This document shows positions 27,455-34,642 of a stretch of 64,000 nt of DNA, piece after piece. The first letter of the stretch is position 1; every line of letters starts with the position of its first letter. The notes below the pieces were generated by a model, which was not told the origin of the DNA, searched no databases, and saw only the letters and a list, made by a program, of their open reading frames with translations. Origin of the DNA: Candidatus Berkelbacteria bacterium (GTDB lineage Bacteria > Patescibacteriota > UBA1384 > JACPKC01); assembly GCA_016187225.1 (NCBI GenBank), contig JACPKC010000010.1, positions 67,541-131,540 of the forward strand. The letters are read 5' to 3'. The position numbers and the translations under genes were made by a program.

Positions 27455-27961
27455 ATGGAAAAGAAGGATAAACAAAAAGACTTTCAACGTCTTTTCGATG
27501 AAATCGAGTTGCAAATTTTGTATGCCGAAACTCCAATTCAACTTTCTTCAGCGCTTGCAAAGATTACAAAAAACAATCGCTTAATCCAGCGAAATTTACA
27601 TCGTCTATATGATATCGCAAGCCCGGCACGGATTCTAGGGTTAGTCTTACGCGGTTACGAAATTCCTGATGCTCTAACGCGTCTAGAATCAAATCGTTCT
27701 TTGCTCGATCTAAATAGAACCCTAGAGACTCTGTCGAGAACAGCGCTTAAGGAGCAAATTTGGCTCATGCTGGCGCAACAACGTGAAGTTCTGCTTGCTC
27801 AAATAGAACAAGATTTAGAGACACTTGTGCTTAGGTCGTCTGATCAGCGAGCGATTGCAAGTAGAAAACAAATTTTACTTGCAACCTACGAGCTAATCCA
27901 GGAAAATACAAAAATTGCAGTTGAAAAGGTTTTTGGGCGCGCTTTGTCGGTGGAGGGGTGA
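27455..27961 (+). CDS. Hypothetical helical/coiled-coil protein (168 aa)
   Basis: GGAGGG SD lies 5 nt before ATG 27455. The longer TTG 27395 start would begin inside the inverted repeat. No recognised motifs. Confidence 0.5.
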   Translation: MEKKDKQKDFQRLFDEIELQILYAETPIQLSSALAKITKNNRLIQRNLHRLYDIASPARILGLVLRGYEIPDALTRLESNRSLLDLNRTLETLSRTALKEQIWLMLAQQREVLLAQIEQDLETLVLRSSDQRAIASRKQILLATYELIQENTKIAVEKVFGRALSVEG

Positions 27962-28080
27962 TGATAACCGTTATTGAGGAATTTGAAGAACTGATTGACC
28001 ATGGTCACGAGCATTTTGCGTGGATAGAACGCTTTATTGCGATCTATCTTTTTCATTTTGTGATCAATGTTCTAGCCTAA
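27961..28080 (+). CDS. Possible 39-aa ORF coupled to the upstream gene (MITVIEEFEELIDHGHEHFAWIERFIAIYLFHFVINVLA)
   Basis: TGATG stop/start overlap with the upstream gene. No homology recognised. Confidence 0.2.
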   Translation: MITVIEEFEELIDHGHEHFAWIERFIAIYLFHFVINVLA

Positions 28081-28369
28081 GGGGCTATCCCGAACAAGAC
28101 AGTTTTTCTTCGTTTCAGGTAACCGGCTGAAAACTATTATTCTTCGACTCTCCGTTTTACGGCATTTTTTGAATGTCTCAAACAAGAGCCAGAAGTATAA
28201 ACCCGTCAGTGCGGGCAGATTTTGTTATCGCGAGTGAACCGTAGCGATCCTGGTAGATTGTCGCGGTTGCAACCTCGTAATTTTCAGGATTGCTTCGTCG
28301 TCCTTGGCTCCTCGCAATGACGACAATGAGAAAGCCCTGATAAATAGGGAAACAGGGGATTGAAGGTGG

Positions 28370-28390
28370 CGTGGATAACTGTGGATAACT
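28370..28390. promoter_or_regulatory. Tandem 10-mer GTGGATAACT x2 containing one perfect (TGTGGATAA) and one 8/9 DnaA-box-like site
   Basis: Read directly. TGTGGATAA is the complement of the TTATCCACA DnaA-box consensus. Box spacing is 10 bp. Confidence 0.4.
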
Positions 28391-28893
28391 TTCACAATGG
28401 GGGAGTGAAAAGGGGATGCCGCGCCTAAACTGTTTAGGCGATTATATGGTGCATGAAAAAGTTTATAAGAGGGGAGTAAAGATTATTTAATGCTAGGGAA
28501 GTGCAAATTTTTTTTATTGTGTGTAATTTTTTATCCTACAAACTCTCCCCCGCTTTCAGCTTGTCGTCGTAAGTCATCCAATTTTTGATAGGCGCATGTT
28601 GCGTACGCTAAAAAACTCATTGATATTTTAGAAATAAAATACTACTCCCCTGCTCCAAATTTTTGCATCATTTGAGATCGTTAGGAAATTTATTTTCTGC
28701 ACCTCGAAAAGAGCGCCAGCGACGCTTTTGCAGAGAAGTCCTCGACTATATAAATAATTCTCGATGCGCTTCGCTTACTCGAACAAGAATACTTTTTAAC
28801 CATCAAAAACTTTCGACACGCCCGGACAAGAACCCAAGGCCAGTCTTGAGCAAAACATTTCTTGCTAATGGGCGGGAGACTTAAGACAGAGAG

Positions 28894-30546
28894 TTACTCG
28901 TTCCCGTGGAAGGGTCGGCGGATAATAAAGTATGAGACAATACCCGAAAGGATCGATGCTATCAGAAGAACAATGATTAGATTCGCTCCAGAACTTGCGA
29001 GTTTGACGGGTGCGCCTTTGCCGTCGGTTTTGGTTTGGACGACAACCGGTTCTTTTGCTGTTACTGCTTGTGTGCCAAGTATCTTCTCGCCTTGACGAAC
29101 TGTAATCGTATAATTACCGGCCGTCGTGTAGGTATGTTTCAAAGTTGTTGGGCAAGTGACGTTGCTTTGCACAATGCCGTCTCCAAAATCAACAGTTAAG
29201 TTGGTAATCGTATCGCCGGTGCAAGTAAAGGCAACTTCAAACGGCACTGTGCCTGTGGTTGGGGTCACTGCAAAGGTTCCTGTTGGGGGAGTGACGACAG
29301 TTTGAATTTGGGTTTGTGAAATTGTAAAAGAGGCGCTCTTGCTTTGAGTTTTATTTTCGGCCAAATAACTAACAGTCACAATATAGTTGCCTGAAGCGGC
29401 CGTCAGGCCGTCGGATTTTTTCTGATCCCAGGTCCAGGTCTTCGACTGGCCAATACTTAAATCGATGAGCGCTTGAGTCGAGATCGGCTCAAAGATCGCC
29501 GTGGAACCTTGCAGAATCTTAAAGGGCGCCCCATTCGGCAATTGAACCTTTGCTTCGCCAGTGTTTTTAAGCGTAAATTCCACCAGTTCAGCCGGTTTGT
29601 AGATGCTTTTCGAGGTTGTCAAGCTAACCGAAATTACTTTAGGCTTCTCAATGGGTTTGGGTTCTTCTTTGGGCTGTGTAGTCGTGACGGTTTTTGTATC
29701 GACAGTCTTACCATTGACGATCAGAGTGACTGTAAAAGTTCCCACCGAAGTATAAGTATGGGTTTCAGCGGCATTTGCATCGTCTAGGGTTGTGCCATCG
29801 CCAAAGTTCCATTTAATCTTGGGCGAGGCGCTACCGCCTTGCGGCGGTGTATAGGTGGCTGTTACCTTTAAGGGAATATTTCCCGTTGTTGGCTCGACCA
29901 CCATTGTGCCCAAATCATTTGGATCATGCAGAGCACTAAACGCAAAATCATCAATTCCAAAACCGTCAGTAGTGCCAGGAGCATTTTTCTTTAAGCGAAT
30001 CTCGGCAATGCCACTATCCGCAGTGGTGGCAGCAAGAGTGACTGGTGAGTTTACGCACTGACCACCCCCAGGAGCATTAACGGTCTTTGTAGCGATGCTC
30101 TTACCGTCAATATCAAATGCTTCAATACTTACTTCGGCATTGCCAGCATTCCCAATAGAAAAATTCATAGAATCACTGACACGCCCCTGGGTAAACTTTA
30201 TCACTAGAGGAGCGTATGAGCTTGGTTTTGCGATTAGAATATTTGGCTCCGACGGCACTTTGTAGCTTGGGCAAGCCGCACTTGCCCCAGACGCCGCAAA
30301 AAGCGTTGCACCGCTACCGCCGCCGTCCGGACTCAAAATCTCTACACCTTTGTCGGCATAGGCATCGCCAGCAATATCGCCTGAAGATTTATCATCCCAG
30401 TTGAGAGTGGTTTTTTCTGTCGCAATGTCGGCTTGTGAGAGCTGAAAAGTTTGAATGCTCCAATAGCCTAAACTCGCACTAAAAATTAGCGCGCTCACAA
30501 CCAGCGCTTGCCGCACTCTCAAGTATAACGGTGGTATTTTAGCCAC
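28894..30546 (-). CDS. Secreted/cell-surface protein with PKD domains and C-terminal sorting-signal-like tail
   Basis: N-terminal signal anchor. Two PKD-like units (KWNFGDGTT...HTYTSVGTFTVTL; VDFGDGIV...HTYTTAGNYTITV). C-terminus is KLASSGAN + TM + RRP. Confidence 0.7.
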   Translation of the reverse strand: MAKIPPLYLRVRQALVVSALIFSASLGYWSIQTFQLSQADIATEKTTLNWDDKSSGDIAGDAYADKGVEILSPDGGGSGATLFAASGASAACPSYKVPSEPNILIAKPSSYAPLVIKFTQGRVSDSMNFSIGNAGNAEVSIEAFDIDGKSIATKTVNAPGGGQCVNSPVTLAATTADSGIAEIRLKKNAPGTTDGFGIDDFAFSALHDPNDLGTMVVEPTTGNIPLKVTATYTPPQGGSASPKIKWNFGDGTTLDDANAAETHTYTSVGTFTVTLIVNGKTVDTKTVTTTQPKEEPKPIEKPKVISVSLTTSKSIYKPAELVEFTLKNTGEAKVQLPNGAPFKILQGSTAIFEPISTQALIDLSIGQSKTWTWDQKKSDGLTAASGNYIVTVSYLAENKTQSKSASFTISQTQIQTVVTPPTGTFAVTPTTGTVPFEVAFTCTGDTITNLTVDFGDGIVQSNVTCPTTLKHTYTTAGNYTITVRQGEKILGTQAVTAKEPVVVQTKTDGKGAPVKLASSGANLIIVLLIASILSGIVSYFIIRRPFHGNE

Positions 30547-30570
30547 AATCCCTCCTTTTGCTAGTATTTT

Positions 30571-30598
30571 AATACTAAATGGTAAATACTAAATGGTA
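30571..30598. repeat. 14-bp tandem direct repeat (aatactaaatggta x2) in a divergent intergenic region
   Basis: Read directly at 30571-30584 and 30585-30598. Confidence 0.85.
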
Positions 30599-30703
30599 AA
30601 TAGCGAACGGACCGAGTATTTTGATTGCTTTGCAAGTAAGCGGTGGAAAACATCGCTCACATATTTTTTCGGTCTGCTACAATATATATAATTGTTAGGC
30701 TAA

Positions 30704-31105
30704 ATGAATCTATGGAGGGGTATGTCGTTTTTAGATAAACGTTCGTCAAGGCGAACCATTATTTTTTTGATCTTACTCATCCTGATTGCTGGAGCGATTC
30801 GTTATTTTACAATTAAGCCTCAAACTATTATCACGCCAACCACCGCAACCATTAATGAGCAACTGGCAGAAAAAACTGGCATAATCCGTTCATTTGATGG
30901 CGCGACCGTAAAAGTTACCGATCAGGAAGGCAATGAGCAAGCTTTTACTTTAACAGATGACGTTAGAATTCGCGTCACGAATGACGAGGGTATTTTTGTG
31001 GAAGGTAAAAAAGATGATTTTAAGGCCGGTCGCGCCATTTCCTATTATCTTTTAATCGGCATCTCGAGTCCGATGAGTAGTTCAGTTGATATCGTGAAGG
31101 AGTAG
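30704..31105 (+). CDS. Hypothetical membrane-anchored small protein (133 aa)
   Basis: N-terminal TM (IIFLILLILIAGAI). Lies 3 nt upstream of the next gene. Start uncertain (ATG 30704 or 30722). Confidence 0.5.
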   Translation: MNLWRGMSFLDKRSSRRTIIFLILLILIAGAIRYFTIKPQTIITPTTATINEQLAEKTGIIRSFDGATVKVTDQEGNEQAFTLTDDVRIRVTNDEGIFVEGKKDDFKAGRAISYYLLIGISSPMSSSVDIVKE

Positions 31106-31107
31106 CC

Positions 31108-33114
31108 ATGACGCATGCTCGATTTTTAGCCCTTTTTGCTTTTGTTTGGGGATTGTTATTCTTAGGGTCGGCGCAAGCCCAGGTTTATGACCACCCGGGT
31201 TTGGGTCTTAAGGTGCCAGAAACTTCATGTTATACCTACCGAACTGGTGTTAGATTTGCCATAACTAATAGTTCTTCTATACCAATAATTGAGTCGAATA
31301 ATGATTCACAGTACGACTCATTCTATGCTTCATTAACAACGCCTGGCACAGGCGCACCAGCGAATAATTCAGTTTGTAACTTTGCAGTGCCGGCTGATAC
31401 CGCCGAAGTGAAATTACTTGCCATTCAACGGCCAGGAAGTCAACAAGCAATGCAACAATGGGCAAATTGTCCTAATTTACCTCAGTGGATGCAAAACATA
31501 TTTTGCCCCGGTGGCGCTAATCCAATGACTACGCCAGCTTCTATTAATTTCACGGGCGAATATCACAACTACGAGACCGGCAATCCTATCAATCCAAACG
31601 ATTTCACTCTTTATAAGCAAACTCAATATGCGCTGAATCCGGTTGTGCTCACAAGTAATAGCAATGGTATTGTCGACTTTTCAAACATTACTCCGGTGGA
31701 TGATCAGGTCTTGCCACCTCCGAATCTACCCACAGGCCGACCGTGGCAGTATCGAAATCAAAGAATCGGTATGAACAATGGGAGCAATGGGAATATTCAA
31801 ATCGCAACGGCTGGGTCGGTTTTCTACGTTAACATTCGCAAAGGTGCGATTCAGAGTCTACCGGGAAACTTTAATTTAAATTCTCCGACAACCTCATGTT
31901 CAGGCAACTCGCCTCGAGTAACATTAAATTGGGGATCATCGCAAAGCGCAACTTCGTACGCAGTTTACCGTAATAATGTGGCGCTTAGTTTGAATGTCAC
32001 AAGCCCTTGGACCGACAACTCCGTTGCGTCTGGCTCGCATACCTATAAAATTCGTGCTCAAAATTCAGTTGGCTATACCGAGAGCAACTCTCAATTAGTC
32101 AATGTGCCAACCTGCCAGCCTCAACCAGTATTATCCAGTGTTGCGATTAATCCACCTTTTGCCACAGTAATTACAAATAATATTGTGCAGTTTAGCGCCA
32201 ATTGCCGCGATCAGAATGGCGCCAACTTTAATGGCGCATCCGTGCTTTGGGGCGCGCAAAGAGGATCAATCAATCAATCAGGCCTTTATACTGCTCCGGC
32301 GACTGCGGGTTCCGATACCGTGACTGCCCAGTGCGCGGCTGTGGGCCAGAATCCAGTTACTGGCGCCGCGCCTGTGACAGTTAAAGGGGGGCAAATAACT
32401 GGGGATATCTTTGCCGAGGGCGATGTCAGCAATCTTAATATCGATCCGGATTCAGTTGTCTCATCGAATGGAAGCGTCACTGTGACTGGCACGAATAACA
32501 CAATTCAGCAATACGACAGCAATGCTTCTCAACAAGCAGATACTGTTATTCAAAAACTCATCAATGAGAAGGCCAATGTCCTTGGCGCTGGTAGTTCGGC
32601 AAGTTGCACTAATAGCAATAGCGGTAATTACACGCTCAATAGTGTCTTCAATCTAAATCCCAAACAAGCGGGCAATCCCAGTGACTCTGAAGAAAATGCC
32701 GCTAACCCAGAGGGCGGAGTTTGGTTTGTGCGTCACAATTTAATCATGCGCGGCGCTACCTTTAAGGGTAAAGGCACAATCATTGTCTGCGGAGATGTGA
32801 ATTTAATTTCACCTTCGAATGAGAAAACTATTGCTTACCAAGACGGTGGCACCGGCGATGATCTGGTTGGATTGATTAGCCTGAACGGCAATATCGATTT
32901 AAGAAATTATGATAATCTAGTCGGCGCTTATTACGCGCCAAATGGCACGATTGATGTTGGGCAGGGTAGTTCCTCGCTTGGGCTTTATATTGGGGAAAAT
33001 ATTACCCTTCAAGCCGCTGATGTGACTGTTGATTACGATGGTCGCATTACTAACGGTCCACCCCCAGGCTTCAGCAAATCCTTCGTACCCTCGCTTTCTG
33101 AGGTCGCGCCGTAA
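31108..33114 (+). CDS. Large secreted protein with FN3-like and Big_2-like domains and a beta-helix-like C-terminal region
   Basis: Signal peptide MTHARFLALFAFVWGLLFLGSAQA. AAGGAG SD. FN3-like SATSYAVYRNN segment. Big_2-like VLSSVAINP...GLYTAPATAGSDTVTA. Confidence 0.65.
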   Translation: MTHARFLALFAFVWGLLFLGSAQAQVYDHPGLGLKVPETSCYTYRTGVRFAITNSSSIPIIESNNDSQYDSFYASLTTPGTGAPANNSVCNFAVPADTAEVKLLAIQRPGSQQAMQQWANCPNLPQWMQNIFCPGGANPMTTPASINFTGEYHNYETGNPINPNDFTLYKQTQYALNPVVLTSNSNGIVDFSNITPVDDQVLPPPNLPTGRPWQYRNQRIGMNNGSNGNIQIATAGSVFYVNIRKGAIQSLPGNFNLNSPTTSCSGNSPRVTLNWGSSQSATSYAVYRNNVALSLNVTSPWTDNSVASGSHTYKIRAQNSVGYTESNSQLVNVPTCQPQPVLSSVAINPPFATVITNNIVQFSANCRDQNGANFNGASVLWGAQRGSINQSGLYTAPATAGSDTVTAQCAAVGQNPVTGAAPVTVKGGQITGDIFAEGDVSNLNIDPDSVVSSNGSVTVTGTNNTIQQYDSNASQQADTVIQKLINEKANVLGAGSSASCTNSNSGNYTLNSVFNLNPKQAGNPSDSEENAANPEGGVWFVRHNLIMRGATFKGKGTIIVCGDVNLISPSNEKTIAYQDGGTGDDLVGLISLNGNIDLRNYDNLVGAYYAPNGTIDVGQGSSSLGLYIGENITLQAADVTVDYDGRITNGPPPGFSKSFVPSLSEVAP

Positions 33115-33146
33115 TCCAATGTGCTATACTTTAAGCATACTTTCTA

Positions 33147-33809
33147 TTGAGGAGGGGCGTGTTAAGTTTCCAAAATGATGGCATTCAACCGGCTAAGACG
33201 CCGGCAAATGGAGCGGCAGGCCCAGCGCCTGTTCAACCAGCCAAATCTGCTCTTGACCCAAGTGTGGTAGCAATCAACCCGGAATCAAACGATTCGCTAA
33301 TCGCAATTTTTGCGGGTTTAAGTGTTGCTCTTAGTCTCCTCGGCGGTGTTGCGGCCTCATTTTTGCGGGCCCAAGCGAAAGGAGAAGCTGAAGCCTCAAG
33401 TCAAAAAGTGACGAGCCTTCAGCAGGAATTCGCCTCGGGCGATCTTAAAACTATGCTCGATAAGGCTGGTTTAGTTGAAAAACAGCTCGAGGTCACAAAA
33501 GAATTCTCTGCCGCCCTGCCTTGGCCAAAGCTCTTAAAAGCTCTAGCCGACAAAGTCCCTGGATCGGTTAAATTTACGGCCAATTCTTTTGAAACTGACA
33601 AGTCATTAAGAATTGACGGCTCGGCAAATAATTACGCCGAGGTAGCGCGACTCATGACCGCCATCGAGTCGACGGATGAGTTTTCGGAGATTGCGCTGAC
33701 GAGCGCAACTCTTTCTGAATCTGTCGACGGTAATTCGATTACTTTTTCAATCACGGCCAAATATGCGGCGCCAGTCGCTGGAGGGGATGATGGCGGAAAT
33801 ACAAACTGA
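33147..33809 (+). CDS. PilN-like type IV pilus assembly membrane protein
   Basis: Cytoplasmic N-segment, one TM (LIAIFAGLSVALSLLGGVAA), coiled coil and C-terminal alpha/beta domain. Directly upstream of the pilO-like gene. Start uncertain (TTG 33147 or GTG 33159). Confidence 0.5.
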   Translation: MRRGVLSFQNDGIQPAKTPANGAAGPAPVQPAKSALDPSVVAINPESNDSLIAIFAGLSVALSLLGGVAASFLRAQAKGEAEASSQKVTSLQQEFASGDLKTMLDKAGLVEKQLEVTKEFSAALPWPKLLKALADKVPGSVKFTANSFETDKSLRIDGSANNYAEVARLMTAIESTDEFSEIALTSATLSESVDGNSITFSITAKYAAPVAGGDDGGNTN

Positions 33810-34389
33810 ATCAACTAAACATAACACTTTGTTGTGGCTAATTTTAGGCGTGATTGGTTCAGCCGCGGCATTCTATTTATATACCTTGCCTCAAATTCGC
33901 GAGCTCAAGCTTTTGCGCACGCAGTCGGCGACGCTTGAGGCTGATCTTTCAAGCTTAAACGAAAAGAAAACCACTGTTGTTAAATTAAACGACGATCTTA
34001 AAAGGAGCACTGCGCTGACTGACAAACTTGCTCTGGCTGTGCCAGAGGATGAGGCTATCGATGAGCTCATTACTTCACTTGAAAAGATTGTTGAAAAAGC
34101 GGGCATTACTTTGTTGTCGGTTCAGCCGGCAAGCAATGTTGAAACAGGCAAGACAACCGCTATGCTTTCAACCCGAGGCTCATATTCCGGCACAACACTA
34201 TTTCTTGAATTTTTAGAAAAGAACCTTCGTCCGATTGGCGTCAATGATCTTGCACTCACAGCGACGTCGGATATTCAAGGCGCGTCGCTGATTAGCGCCT
34301 CATTCGAGATTACTCCTGCCCAGATTGCCAAGGCCGCACCGGCGGCAGAGACGTCCGCTCAAGACACAGAGACAAAAGGAGCCCAATGA
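33787..34389 (+). CDS. pilO: PilO-like type IV pilus assembly protein
   Basis: TM + coiled coil (LEADLSSLNEKK) + KLALAVPEDEAIDELITSLEKIVEKAGITLLSVQP, which fits the PilO pattern. Start at ATG 33787 or 33790, after GGAGGGG. Confidence 0.6.
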   Translation: MMAEIQTESTKHNTLLWLILGVIGSAAAFYLYTLPQIRELKLLRTQSATLEADLSSLNEKKTTVVKLNDDLKRSTALTDKLALAVPEDEAIDELITSLEKIVEKAGITLLSVQPASNVETGKTTAMLSTRGSYSGTTLFLEFLEKNLRPIGVNDLALTATSDIQGASLISASFEITPAQIAKAAPAAETSAQDTETKGAQ

Positions 34390-34637
34390 ATCGGCCCATA
34401 GTAATTGGCATCGGTTTAGGAGTGAATCTCATTCTTGCGGGTGTGACACTTTGGCTGATTATGCGCGCCGTGCCCATGACGTCGGATATTGAAAGCGCCC
34501 GGACAAAAGTTGAACCTGCGCCAAAATTTACGATCAAAGATATCGAGGCGCTTAAATTGGATGAAAAAACCCTGAATGGTGACTTGCCGATCTCGATTGA
34601 TGGAGTTGGGCGTGTCGATCCATACGCGGGGATTTAG
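34386..34637 (+). CDS. Small membrane protein of the pilus locus (83 aa)
   Basis: ATGA overlap with the pilO-like gene, one TM, immediately upstream of pilB. Confidence 0.45.
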   Translation: MNRPIVIGIGLGVNLILAGVTLWLIMRAVPMTSDIESARTKVEPAPKFTIKDIEALKLDEKTLNGDLPISIDGVGRVDPYAGI

Positions 34638-34642
34638 CAATT

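Noticed and set aside
28081-28360. tmRNA, RNase P RNA or SRP RNA in the GC-richer part of the ORF-poor region (it starts with GGGGCT...)
   Set aside because: I found no matching 3' acceptor/T-arm (GGTTCGAnTCC...CCACCA), no GGAAAGTCC P4 motif and no SRP helix-8 GGAA/AGCA motif on either strand. A covariance-model scan would still be needed to be certain.
28361-28540. Chromosomal origin of replication (oriC) at the DnaA-box pair plus AT-rich tract
   Set aside because: There are only two good boxes, created by one 10-nt duplication. No dnaA or dnaN is nearby. Coding-strand bias does not switch here: genes are predominantly on the plus strand both before and after. It is kept only as a low-to-moderate-interest regulatory candidate.
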